The notes beneath the pieces were generated by a model. The model ran no database searches. It had not been told where the DNA came from and saw only the letters and a list, made by a program, of their open reading frames with translations. A stretch of DNA of 64,000 bases, taken from NCBI GenBank assembly GCA_013343275.1, contig CP046106.1, positions 736,001 to 800,000 of the forward strand. The letters are read 5' to 3'. Of the stretch, positions 1 through 9,535 are shown one piece after another. Source of the DNA: Candidatus Nanohaloarchaea archaeon (GTDB taxonomy: Archaea > Nanohalarchaeota > Nanosalinia > Nanosalinales > Nanosalinaceae). The position numbers and the translations under genes are program-made. Position 1 is the first letter of the stretch. Each line of letters opens with the position of its first letter.

Positions 1-823
1 CCGATCTCTCGCACAGCTCCCCTGCAACACGCAGAAGATCAAGAGCTCTACGGGCATCGCCGTGCTCCTGGGCTGCGAGAGCCGAACACTTCGAGATAAC
101 CCCTCCTTCCAGCTTGTCCTCAACAAAGGCCTTGTCAGTTCTCTCCTTCAAGATCTCTCTAAGCTCGAGAGCGTTGTAAGGAGGGAAGATAATCTCCTCC
201 TCTGACAGGGAAGACTTGACTCTTGAATCCATGTACTCTGTGAAGTTAAGATCGTTGGATATACCGAGGATGGAAACCTTTGTCTCCTCTAGATCATCGT
301 TGATACGTGTAAGATTGTAGAGGAACTCATCTCCCACTTTCTTGACGAGAGCATCGATCTCGTCCAGCGCAATAACTACTACACCCTTCTGATCTTTCAG
401 AGCGTTAAAGAATCTATTATAAATTTCATCTGTCGGAAGGCCTGTACTAGGTACATCCTCTCCGAGCTGGCGAGCCAGTTTTGCGAGAAGTCGGTACTCT
501 GTATCAGCTACCTTCTTCATCTTGCAGTTAATATACAGTACGTTGAGATCGATCTCCTGCTCATCAGCCACATCTTTCAGCTCTTCCGTAACATGTTTTA
601 CAATCAAAGTCTTTCCAGTACCTACAGATCCATAAAGAAATACGTTGCTAGGATCGTTTCCTTTCAGCGCAGGCGCCAGGATAGAAGCTAGATCGTTGAT
701 CTGCTCATCACGGTGCAGAATATTGTCTGGCTTCCAGCCAGTTGTAAGAGCATCTTTGTTTTTGAATACAGAATCCTTGTCGAGATAGTTCGAGAACATT
801 GACTTCAGATTGCTCTGACTCAT
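1..823 (-). CDS. cdc6: Orc1/Cdc6 replication initiator (runs off window start)
   Basis: Manual translation from ATG 823: MSQSNLKSMFSNYLDKDSVFKNKDALTTGWKPDNILHRDEQINDLASILAPALKGNDPSNVFLYGSVGTGKT (Walker A), Walker B ALDEID; not in ORF track. Confidence 0.96.
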   Translation of the reverse strand, partial: MSQSNLKSMFSNYLDKDSVFKNKDALTTGWKPDNILHRDEQINDLASILAPALKGNDPSNVFLYGSVGTGKTLIVKHVTEELKDVADEQEIDLNVLYINCKMKKVADTEYRLLAKLARQLGEDVPSTGLPTDEIYNRFFNALKDQKGVVVIALDEIDALVKKVGDEFLYNLTRINDDLEETKVSILGISNDLNFTEYMDSRVKSSLSEEEIIFPPYNALELREILKERTDKAFVEDKLEGGVISKCSALAAQEHGDARRALDLLRVAGELCERS

Positions 824-869
824 CTATCTCGCCCCCCAGAAAACAGTATTTAATCTCATTTGATCTTCG

Positions 870-1325
870 AACCCCGTATGTTTCTACGTGAAATTAAGGT
901 TTATAATCCTTCTCCAATCGAAGCAAAGGTGGTACCCCCACCCACCCCCTGATTTCGTGTGGAGTTTTCTAATAACTACCTATACAAAGATATAACACTG
1001 TTATATTATTATGTCGGTGTTATAATTTTATTCTGCCGTTATATCCGAGTCTCGCTCTCTCGATACAGATTCCACTCGAAATAGAGGGGTGTGTGTCGTT
1101 TCTAGCTCAGATACTTCAGCTCCAATCTAGAAATTTCGGGCTCCGGATGAAGCCCAGGTCTCCTGATGAAATCAACCTTACTACTTTTCCCGGAAAATCT
1201 TCTGGCCTCAAAACAGAATCAAACACGATTGAATTCGAACTGAATCGAACAAAACTCTTAGAATCTTTCTTTTACGCCAGATTGGCCAGAAAATCCTTCC
1301 ACACCCCCTGATTTCATGTGGAGAT
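870..1325. other. Replication origin (oriC) with ORB elements and AT-rich DUE
   Basis: ORB-like TCCAC.CGAAAT.AGGGGT at 944-964 (-), 1070-1090 (+), 1303-1323 (-), weaker copy 871-893 (-); AT-rich tract 965-1035; directly upstream of cdc6. Confidence 0.9.
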
Positions 1326-1440
1326 TATTTGAACAAGCCAGCTTTTAAATAAAACAGGAGTTCCTTTACTGCTCCAGAATAGTAAAATCAGAGCCTGCAG
1401 AGTTATTTCTTAAGTATTGGTTCTGAAACTTCAGATAGAA

Positions 1441-1602
1441 ATGAGCGAACATGGATCCAGCAGCAATCACCATGGACCAGGAAATCTCGAGAAAACACTG
1501 GCCAACATCTTCGCCGCAACCATTATCTCCGTGGCCCGGCTTGCGAAGTCATTCATGATGTCCGTTTTCAACTTTCTGCTCAGATTTCTACACTGGCTCT
1601 AG
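1441..1602 (+). CDS. Possible small protein with amphipathic/hydrophobic C-terminal helix
   Basis: ATG 1441 about 30 nt after an AT-rich TATA-like box; no family recognised. Confidence 0.3.
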   Translation: MSEHGSSSNHHGPGNLEKTLANIFAATIISVARLAKSFMMSVFNFLLRFLHWL

Positions 1603-1663
1603 CCAGGGATTTGAACTAAATAAATGCAGCTCCAATTAACAGCCTGTGAGGTAGCAGAGAAAA

Positions 1664-2407
1664 ATGGTTGATAGAGAAGAAACAGCATTCGTGTATACGC
1701 TCAGCAGCAGGAAAGGAATGGTTCAGCAGGCACTAAGATCTATAGCTACACTCAAACAGCATGTAGATGTCGAGAAAATCAACATCTTCTACACACCACC
1801 CTACGACGAAGAAGACGAAAAGGCCTTGAAGGAGACCGGGGCTAATGTGGTAAAGAAGGAGAATCAGACAGAGGCTTTCAATGTTTCAAGAAGTCTTCCT
1901 GAAAGCCACTACGGCGAAAAAATCAATCTCTGCTCACTGGAAGAGAAAAATGTTGTCTTCCTAGATTGTGATACTATTGTAGGAAATAATATATGGGAAG
2001 TACTGGAGGGAGACTTCGAGTTCAAGGCAAGGCCTGCTCACAGATTCAACGACGATAAGGACTGGAAGAAGATGTTTGATGAGAGAGACAGGCCTTATCT
2101 CGACTGGATGCCGAATGCAGGATTCTTGGTGTTCAAAGAAGGAGCTCACAGGAAGATACAGGACGACTGGGCCAACCTGGTTTCGCAGGACCTCGAGTTC
2201 CAGATGGGTAAAGTCGATCACCACGAACAGTACGCACTGGCTCTCACAATCTCAGACCTGAAAATACATGAAATGAAGAAAAAAGAACATGTGTTTGAAT
2301 GGAAGGACGAGAAAGTAGCTGATGCATACATTTATCATGTAGCGCACTCAGCCGGAAGTTCAATAATGAACGTAGTCAAAAACTATCTAGGCAGGCTTAA
2401 ACCATGA
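1664..2407 (+). CDS. GT-A fold glycosyltransferase (GT8-like)
   Basis: VFLDCD DxD motif, PNAGFLVF, HEQYAL. Confidence 0.75.
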   Translation: MVDREETAFVYTLSSRKGMVQQALRSIATLKQHVDVEKINIFYTPPYDEEDEKALKETGANVVKKENQTEAFNVSRSLPESHYGEKINLCSLEEKNVVFLDCDTIVGNNIWEVLEGDFEFKARPAHRFNDDKDWKKMFDERDRPYLDWMPNAGFLVFKEGAHRKIQDDWANLVSQDLEFQMGKVDHHEQYALALTISDLKIHEMKKKEHVFEWKDEKVADAYIYHVAHSAGSSIMNVVKNYLGRLKP

Positions 2408-3228
2408 CTAAGATAATACTAGGATCTCGGCACTCTGGTCACGCTACAGCGACACCAGCAATCAAGGCCCGACTTGAAGAACAGATCGATGAAAAAATAG
2501 AGTACGTTGTAGTAACTGATCCTGAAGATGAATACGACTACAGCTTCGCCGAGAAAGTTTACAGGGTTCCAAGCTTCAGGCCTACAGGAGGAAAAGTTTA
2601 CAGGCCTTACAGTATGCTGAAAAATTTCTACAGGAGCTGGGAGATACTTAAAAAAGAAGATCCGGAGAAAGTTGTGGCCTACGGTGCGAACACCAGTTTT
2701 CCTATAGGAGTAATTGCAGGCCTGAAAGGTATAGAGGTTATAGCTGTAGAGGCTGAAAACAGGACTAATCAACCTTCTATGACTCCGAAGATGCTGTCAA
2801 GACTGTCGAATACACGTGTCTGGGTTTCCCATAACCAGATAATGGATAAATATCCTACTGAAAAGGTAGAAAACAAGCAGATTATACAGTACCGCAGTTT
2901 CGAGAATCATGAATCCGAGGATAAGGACAACAAACTACTGGTAATACCTTCGAGCAACGACCCTGAGCTACAGGAGAAATACTGGAAAGACATTTCTCAC
3001 AGCGAGTTCTTGGACCTGATGGGCCGGACTGAGATAGTGGTGACTAGGGCCGGAATGACTTCTTACGAGGCTGCTAATCTCGCGGAGAAGGTAGTGGTAA
3101 TTCCGTATGATCACAGTCATCAGGAGAACTTTGCTCACTGGCTGGCCTCGGAGTACAGGAATGTGGAAGTGGTGAAGGATAAAAGCTTCAAAGAAGTAAT
3201 CAACGAGTACGAGGCCGACGACAAATGA
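2404..3228 (+). CDS. GT-B glycosyltransferase, Alg14/MurG-like
   Basis: GSRHSGHA, ILKKEDPEKVVAYGA, IVVTRAG, VVVIPY. Confidence 0.75.
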   Translation: MTKIILGSRHSGHATATPAIKARLEEQIDEKIEYVVVTDPEDEYDYSFAEKVYRVPSFRPTGGKVYRPYSMLKNFYRSWEILKKEDPEKVVAYGANTSFPIGVIAGLKGIEVIAVEAENRTNQPSMTPKMLSRLSNTRVWVSHNQIMDKYPTEKVENKQIIQYRSFENHESEDKDNKLLVIPSSNDPELQEKYWKDISHSEFLDLMGRTEIVVTRAGMTSYEAANLAEKVVVIPYDHSHQENFAHWLASEYRNVEVVKDKSFKEVINEYEADDK

Positions 3229-4058
3229 CCGAAATGCAGGACGTAAACGGAAGCAACTGGAACTACCTCATCGTGCTCGACGCATGCAGATATGACATGT
3301 TCAAAGATAACTACGAAGATTTTCTATCAGGAGAGCTCTCCAAGAAGAAATCACGTGGAGCAGCAACACCTGAATGGCTGTGGAACACATTCACCTCACG
3401 ATACAACTACAACTACGTCTCCGCAAATCCATACATCAACAGCTACGGCCTCACACTGAAAGAGATGGTAGGAGGCTGCGAACAGGACTGGGACGCAAGA
3501 AACAAGTTCCAGAACATCGTCGACGTATGGGACACCAACTGGGACGACAAACTGAACACGGTAAGACCTGAAGAAATGACAGATACAGCACTTGAAAACC
3601 TAGAATACAGCAAAACAATAATACACTATATCCAGCCACATCGCCCCTACATCTCAGGCAACGACACAGAACACAGCTGGGCCCCGAAAGCAGAGATAGA
3701 AGGCCAGGAAAAATCAGCGAAGAGAAAGTTCTTCGACAAAACCCGGCCACTATGGAGCCCGATATTCCGGAAAATGCCGTACACAATCCAGTCCAAGATC
3801 AAATCCGTATTTGGAATGGGTAACGACTTCGAAAAACTAGTCAGAGAAAAAGGTGAAGAACAGGTAATCGAATACTACCGTCAAGACCTGCGAATGGCCC
3901 TGGAAGAAGTAGCAAGGCTTGTAGAAGAACTCGACGGCAAAGTAGTAGTGACTGCCGACCACGGAGAACTCCTGGGAGAAGGAGGCTGGGGCCACTACAT
4001 CGGAGGGGAGGAAGACGAACTAAGGCATGTCCCATGGCTGGAGATAGAGGAAAAATAG
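3225..4058 (+). CDS. Alkaline-phosphatase/sulfatase superfamily protein
   Basis: LIVLDACRYD, HYIQPHRPY, TADHGELLGE, HVPW. Confidence 0.85.
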   Translation: MTEMQDVNGSNWNYLIVLDACRYDMFKDNYEDFLSGELSKKKSRGAATPEWLWNTFTSRYNYNYVSANPYINSYGLTLKEMVGGCEQDWDARNKFQNIVDVWDTNWDDKLNTVRPEEMTDTALENLEYSKTIIHYIQPHRPYISGNDTEHSWAPKAEIEGQEKSAKRKFFDKTRPLWSPIFRKMPYTIQSKIKSVFGMGNDFEKLVREKGEEQVIEYYRQDLRMALEEVARLVEELDGKVVVTADHGELLGEGGWGHYIGGEEDELRHVPWLEIEEK

Positions 4059-4198
4059 CGATCTATAGAATTATACTAGGAATAAAAAGTATTACTTCTT
4101 CTCATTCACTAGGTCTAACTAATCGAGAAAGAGAGTATAACAAAGGTTTATCTATAAATGTAAAGATTTAATTCAAGTTATTACCAAAGGAGAATAGA

Positions 4199-5215
4199 AT
4201 GAGAAAAGCAATACTTACGCAGAAAAAGTTCTTGAACAATGGCTTACAGAAATTTGAAAGTCAGATAGCTCCTTATCTACTAGAAAACGGGTTTGAACCT
4301 ATATACCACAACCACAACGATTTTGATTCATTGGATTACCCTTTCAGTCAAACAGTAGAAATCTGGAAAGCCTCAAGAAAACTGAAGAAAGAAGCAGAAA
4401 AATATGACCAAATTTTCCTACCAGCACAAAACCGCCTAACAGTTAACCCTGAAGATCTAGATGCTCAAATAGTGCCGTACATCCATGATATATACCCTTA
4501 TACAGCTCATTTATATAGAGAGAATCAAAGTACGTTTAAGTACATTGTAAGAATGGTTCAATCAGCTATTGGACAAGAATATATGGATAATTTAGTGAAA
4601 TTGGATAAGGTTATTGTGTCTTCTTATAGAACTAAAAAGGATTTAGAAAATCGTACTAGCTTTACAGGAAACATAGAGGTTGTTCATCAAGGAGTTGATG
4701 GCGGCCTTGATGAGAAACCTTCGATAGATGATAGAGATATAGATCTTCTATATGTAGGAACCTTAAGGACAAGGAAGAATCCTGAAATTATTAGAAAAGT
4801 GTTTGAGAAAGCTCACAACAAAGGCTATAATGTAGTTTCAGTCAACTATGAAGAATTAGATTTACCTGGTGAACATTATACAGATATTTCTGAGGAGAAA
4901 CTACGAGATCTTTACAGTAAAACAAGATACTATCTGCATCCAGCGTTTATTGAAGGATTTGGTAGGGGAGCAGTAGAAGCTCAGAGGCACGGAGCAGTCC
5001 CTCTAGGCCTAGATCAACCTTTAAACCATGAAATACTTGGTGAAGAAGGAGAAACATGGATTCAAATAGAAAACACAGAAGATGTAATGAATATCATTGA
5101 CGATGAAATCTCTCAAGGTACTGTAGAACAGGCCTGGGAGAACAGCAAAAGATTCACTTGGGATAAAACTCGTAAACAAATAAAACAGGCTTTAGACAAA
5201 TGGAATCAAGAGTAG
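4199..5215 (+). CDS. Glycosyltransferase family 4
   Basis: LYVGTLRTRKN, EGFGRGAVEA, FTWDKT. Confidence 0.88.
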   Translation: MRKAILTQKKFLNNGLQKFESQIAPYLLENGFEPIYHNHNDFDSLDYPFSQTVEIWKASRKLKKEAEKYDQIFLPAQNRLTVNPEDLDAQIVPYIHDIYPYTAHLYRENQSTFKYIVRMVQSAIGQEYMDNLVKLDKVIVSSYRTKKDLENRTSFTGNIEVVHQGVDGGLDEKPSIDDRDIDLLYVGTLRTRKNPEIIRKVFEKAHNKGYNVVSVNYEELDLPGEHYTDISEEKLRDLYSKTRYYLHPAFIEGFGRGAVEAQRHGAVPLGLDQPLNHEILGEEGETWIQIENTEDVMNIIDDEISQGTVEQAWENSKRFTWDKTRKQIKQALDKWNQE

Positions 5216-5229
5216 CGAGGCTATAAAAT

Positions 5230-5751
5230 ATGAGAACTAAATACGACATTGGTTGCGGAAACGAAAAACCTGGAAAAGACTGGATAGGAGTAAACTATCC
5301 CGAAACAGAAGACGCTGATATAGTACATGACTTGGAAAAAGGCCTTCCTTTTGACCACGAATTATTTGAGGAGGATCGTGCTACAGTAATCAGGCTGCAT
5401 CATGTAATCGAGCATATTGAAAATCAAGACAAATTGTTGGAAGATATTGCAAAGTTAGCCGATGAAGATGCTGAAATAAGAATCACCGTACCCCACTATC
5501 TACATGTTAATTCCAAGGATTCGGACCATAAGAGAGATTACTCTATAATCAGTTTTGACACTTACTGCGTTGATCATGATCATCCAACTACAAAACCTCA
5601 ACTATTCAAAATGAAAGACAAAGAAGTCCATTGGGTAGAACTTAGGAAGAGCATGCGTCTGCTGAAGAAAGTTATGGGAGATGATTTTGTTAGAAATCAC
5701 TTTGCAAATACTGTAGAAGAGCTAAAGTTTGTATTAGGGGTGGCGGAATGA
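5230..5751 (+). CDS. SAM-dependent methyltransferase-like protein (type 11)
   Basis: DIGCG, ADIVHDLEKGLPF, HVIEHI, ITVPH. Confidence 0.75.
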   Translation: MRTKYDIGCGNEKPGKDWIGVNYPETEDADIVHDLEKGLPFDHELFEEDRATVIRLHHVIEHIENQDKLLEDIAKLADEDAEIRITVPHYLHVNSKDSDHKRDYSIISFDTYCVDHDHPTTKPQLFKMKDKEVHWVELRKSMRLLKKVMGDDFVRNHFANTVEELKFVLGVAE

Positions 5752-6641
5752 GCCCTAGATTGGATAAAGTAGTTTACTATTTGAGGAAGTCTTTTAGGGA
5801 TCCAGAACTGATCGTTCCATTTATTAAGCAACAAATAGTAAGTAGATATCTGGATTTGAAGTGTAAAATACATAAGGAGAATCTTGACAGCCAACTTGAT
5901 TTAATCAATAATATTCGTGAAGAAGATGAATTCTTATTGATAGTATTAGATGCTTGCAGATATGATGTTCTAAATGATGTTGTGGAGGATTATTTCCCCC
6001 AAAGCAAGGCCAAACCTGTTTATAACAAAGCGAGAAACACTTTTGAATGGGGTAAAAATGTTTGGGGGAACGGGCTTTACACTTGTAAGTATATTTCGGG
6101 TGCAGTCCCCATCAACTCTAAGGAATTGGACTTTGAAGCTGATGGTTTCGAATCGCTATATGATGGTTATGTCCCTGCTGAACATCTTCTTAATTTGAGA
6201 GATGCCTGGGCCGAAGCATGGGATGAAGACCTTGGTATAGCACCTCCAGAACCTATAACAGAAATAGCTTTAGAGGAAGGCGAAGACAGGATGGTTGTTC
6301 ATTACTTCCAACCACATGCACCATATATTGGCGAAGAGCAGGAATTGGGCTATACTGAAGGTAAAGATGCATTGCCGAATAAAGGCAAGCCTGCCGATAA
6401 AATGATATGGGACAAGGTTAAAAGCGGCGAGATAAGTGATGAAAAATTGAGAGAGCTTTATAGGTTAAATCTTTACAGGGTTTTGAAATCAGTAGAAGAG
6501 TTAGTGGAAAAGGTAAACCATGATAATATAGTTATTACTGCAGATCATGGTGAGGCTCTGGGGGAATGTGGTATTTATGAACATCCAGAAAACCTAAATC
6601 ATCCTAAAGTAAGGGTTGTGCCTTGGGTTGAGGTGAATTAG
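5748..6641 (+). CDS. Alkaline-phosphatase/sulfatase superfamily protein (paralog of 3225-4058)
   Basis: LIVLDACRYD, HYFQPHAPY, TADHGEALGE, VPW. Confidence 0.85.
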   Translation: MSPRLDKVVYYLRKSFRDPELIVPFIKQQIVSRYLDLKCKIHKENLDSQLDLINNIREEDEFLLIVLDACRYDVLNDVVEDYFPQSKAKPVYNKARNTFEWGKNVWGNGLYTCKYISGAVPINSKELDFEADGFESLYDGYVPAEHLLNLRDAWAEAWDEDLGIAPPEPITEIALEEGEDRMVVHYFQPHAPYIGEEQELGYTEGKDALPNKGKPADKMIWDKVKSGEISDEKLRELYRLNLYRVLKSVEELVEKVNHDNIVITADHGEALGECGIYEHPENLNHPKVRVVPWVEVN

Positions 6642-6646
6642 AAATA

Positions 6647-7642
6647 GTGAGTTCTGATAATTATAGGTTTGCGGGTTTCGAGACTAATGCGGAGAAGGGT
6701 TCTATTCCTTATGTAACTAGGGAGTTTTACAAGTCCGAATTTATTGAGGAGATAGAACTTAATGATTATAAAATGCCTTTAGGAGAGACTTTGAAAGTGT
6801 TTCATAGGCTTCCTAAGAAGGCTAACAGTTTAACTGATTTTGATGCAGTTATTTTTCCTTCTCTTCAGTATGCTGCTGCTGCGCCTTATGAAGACATATT
6901 TTCGGTTTTCTATATTCATGACTTGTATGGGTTTACAAAGGAAAAGAATATTCTTTCTACTTTAGTTCATGGCAAAGCACTTCAGAACATCTCTAATTTT
7001 GACTTGGTCATAGCTAACTCTAATCATACTAGGAATAATCTTGAAAGCATTTTACATGATGAGGTTGATATTGAGGTAGTTGAGCCGGGTATAGATAGTT
7101 TTTATCTAGAGAATTGTTCTGTTCAGAGAGACGAGGAGATGTTGCTTTATGTTGGTTCCTTTCAGGATAGAAAGAACACTGATTTCTTGTTAGATGTTCT
7201 GGATAAACTCCCTAGTAGTTATGAATTAATCTGTGCAGGCAGATATTATTCGGAATGTAAGAAAAATGATTTTCTAAATTATGCGGAGGACAAAGGAGTT
7301 AATGATAGAGTTAGTATAATAGGTGAATGCAGTAAGGAGAAGCTTAGAGAGCTTTACTCATCTGCTGGGTTTTACTTTCATCCTGCAAAGAAAGGAGGAT
7401 GGGAGATAACTCCGCTTGAAGCTTCTGCATGCGGTGCTAGAGTAATAGTTAACTCTAGTATCCCTTCAGTAGAAGCCTTAGATAGAAATCATATAGTATT
7501 CGACCAGTTTGACTCTTCTGGATTGGCTGAAAAAATAGAAGATCGGCCTGATTATGGGTTCGATAACGATGCTAGGACTTGGCATGATGCGAGAGAAGAT
7601 CTAAGTTCAAAAATTGAGAAGAAATTGAAAAAGAAACCCTAG
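6647..7642 (+). CDS. Glycosyltransferase family 4
   Basis: VIANSNHT, LYVGSFQDRKN, TPLEASACG. Confidence 0.88.
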   Translation: MSSDNYRFAGFETNAEKGSIPYVTREFYKSEFIEEIELNDYKMPLGETLKVFHRLPKKANSLTDFDAVIFPSLQYAAAAPYEDIFSVFYIHDLYGFTKEKNILSTLVHGKALQNISNFDLVIANSNHTRNNLESILHDEVDIEVVEPGIDSFYLENCSVQRDEEMLLYVGSFQDRKNTDFLLDVLDKLPSSYELICAGRYYSECKKNDFLNYAEDKGVNDRVSIIGECSKEKLRELYSSAGFYFHPAKKGGWEITPLEASACGARVIVNSSIPSVEALDRNHIVFDQFDSSGLAEKIEDRPDYGFDNDARTWHDAREDLSSKIEKKLKKKP

Positions 7643-7700
7643 TATTGAGTTTTAATCTGAGTATAATTATAGAATATTTTTACGACTTTATATGGCGTCT

Positions 7701-9248
7701 TTATTCTAATATTCTAATCAGCCTCATGACTTTAGATTTTGATCCGAGTATTTCGCCAATTCTAAGGAGTACTTCTTTCTCTTCTTTTCCTAGTCCCATA
7801 ATCTTTAGATATAGAACTATGTAAACGGCCCCATAGACCAGAGTACTTGGTATTAGGAACCAGTAAGGAGTATTTGTGAAAAGAATATCGTCGAGACTAA
7901 TTATCAGTATCAGGGGCAGAAGAGCGGTAGTTATTATTTTAGATATTTTCTGGTGAGGTATGCTGATTATGTTTTCTTTTCTCCATACTTCTGCGAACAT
8001 GAGAAGATTTCCGAGAATTATTGAAGAAGCTGTGGCGGTGGCTGCGCCTACTATTCCGTAGATAGGTATAAGTATAACATTCAGTATCAGATTGAGGGCT
8101 AGTGCGGCAATGTTGTTATAGAGAAGGTATCTGGTATAACCTTCTGCTTGGAGGTAGCTGCCGACCCGACCTACCAGTGCGTCGAAGAGGTAACCTGTTG
8201 CGAGTATAGATAGCGCCAATGAGGCTCGTGTGTATGTATCCCCCCAGAGAACCTCCAGTACCTGTTGAGAGAAAAGTAGTAAAATTAGGAATGTAGGGAA
8301 GACCAGTGAGAAAACCCATCTTGTAGCAGTCTGTAGCGAGCTTTCGATACTCTGTTCGTCCCTCTCTTTCAGTTCTGAGAAAGAGCTGAGAGCTAGGCTT
8401 CCGATTGCTTTGTGAGGCAAAAGGATTAGCATTGCGGTAGGTAATGCTGCATTGTACAGGCCTACTTGTAGGTCTGTCATGTAGTAACCAAGGAACGCTG
8501 TATCGGCCCATCCCATCATTGTTCCGATTAGGCCTGATAGGAGTAGTGGTGAGGAAAAGCGTAGCAGTTTCTTTCTGTGGTATTCTGGCGTTATATCTGA
8601 TGTTATTACCGGCCCGACTTTCTTCTCGAGGAAGTAGTATCCTAGTACCATTGCGACTAGACTTCCGGCTAGCCATCCCCAGGCCGCGCTTACTACGTTG
8701 AATCCAAATAGTAGAAGGCCTATGGTTACTCCTAGCTGGATTACGTTTTGCAGGATTCTGATTGTCCCAGTCTTATAGATTATCTTGTTGAACCCGATTG
8801 TGGTATCGAAGAATGTACGGGTCAGCGATCCTGTTATGATAGTGAAAGAGATTATCTTGATCAGCGGAATGATCGCAGTATTCTGGAAAAAAGTCGTCGC
8901 TATATATTCAGCTCCGAAAAACGTTATGGCCCAGAGAAGTACTGAGACAGGCAGTGTCAGGTGAATGGCGCTGAGAACCAGACCTTTGATACTGGCAAAG
9001 TCGTCTTTAGTTCTGAACTCAGGGATGAACTTCTGGAGGCCTTGACCCATGGCCAGATAAGCAATAGTCGAGGCGATACCGGTCACCATCAACGCCAGAG
9101 AAAGCTGTCCGTAGGCCTCTGGCCCAACGAAACGAGCGATCGAAATCCGGTAGAAGTATGTCAAGGCCTTCGATACCATCATGCCAACCGCAGTTACTCC
9201 TGCTCCTTTAGCCAGTGCGTTCAAGGCTTTTTGATCGGCATCTGTCAT
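7701..9248 (-). CDS. Polysaccharide/oligosaccharide flippase (MOP/Wzx, AglR-like)
   Basis: Many TM helices, ARFVGPEAYGQ, VGLYNAA, LIPIYGIVGAATAT. Confidence 0.9.
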   Translation of the reverse strand: MTDADQKALNALAKGAGVTAVGMMVSKALTYFYRISIARFVGPEAYGQLSLALMVTGIASTIAYLAMGQGLQKFIPEFRTKDDFASIKGLVLSAIHLTLPVSVLLWAITFFGAEYIATTFFQNTAIIPLIKIISFTIITGSLTRTFFDTTIGFNKIIYKTGTIRILQNVIQLGVTIGLLLFGFNVVSAAWGWLAGSLVAMVLGYYFLEKKVGPVITSDITPEYHRKKLLRFSSPLLLSGLIGTMMGWADTAFLGYYMTDLQVGLYNAALPTAMLILLPHKAIGSLALSSFSELKERDEQSIESSLQTATRWVFSLVFPTFLILLLFSQQVLEVLWGDTYTRASLALSILATGYLFDALVGRVGSYLQAEGYTRYLLYNNIAALALNLILNVILIPIYGIVGAATATASSIILGNLLMFAEVWRKENIISIPHQKISKIITTALLPLILIISLDDILFTNTPYWFLIPSTLVYGAVYIVLYLKIMGLGKEEKEVLLRIGEILGSKSKVMRLIRILE

Positions 9249-9314
9249 ATCAAAGTTTTTGGCAGTGTAAACTGTTTAAACTTCGTCCAGGACCGAGACC
9301 TTTAAGAAGCATTT

Positions 9315-9329
9315 TGCATAAGTTATGCA
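9315..9329. promoter_or_regulatory. Perfect inverted repeat TGCATAA-G-TTATGCA, probable operator of RHH regulator
   Basis: Lies between TATA-like TTTAAG (9301-9306) and ATG 9332. Confidence 0.55.
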
Positions 9330-9331
9330 TT

Positions 9332-9523
9332 ATGCCGAGGAAAACTATTTCCTTGCCTGAGGATCTGGCGGATTTTGTTGATGAGAATCACATTAATCTG
9401 TCCAGGTTTGTTCAGGACAAGTTGAGAGAGCTTTCTGAGTCCGAGAACAGCGATGAAGATCTATCCGATGATGAAGCGAAAGAGATCGCTCAGAAGCTTG
9501 AGGATCTAGGTTATCTAAACTAG
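9332..9523 (+). CDS. Small ribbon-helix-helix (CopG-like) regulator with C-terminal KLxDLGY tail
   Basis: MPRKTISLPEDLADFVDENHINLSRFVQDKL = RHH pattern; start refined to ATG 9332. Confidence 0.75.
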   Translation: MPRKTISLPEDLADFVDENHINLSRFVQDKLRELSESENSDEDLSDDEAKEIAQKLEDLGYLN

Positions 9524-9535
9524 GTGAAACACATA

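Noticed and set aside
1093-1311. 72-aa ORF in the ORF track
   Set aside because: Lies within the origin, running from ORB to ORB, with no recognisable protein features.
3225-6641. Classical formylglycine sulfatases
   Set aside because: No C/SxPxR motif at the nucleophile position.
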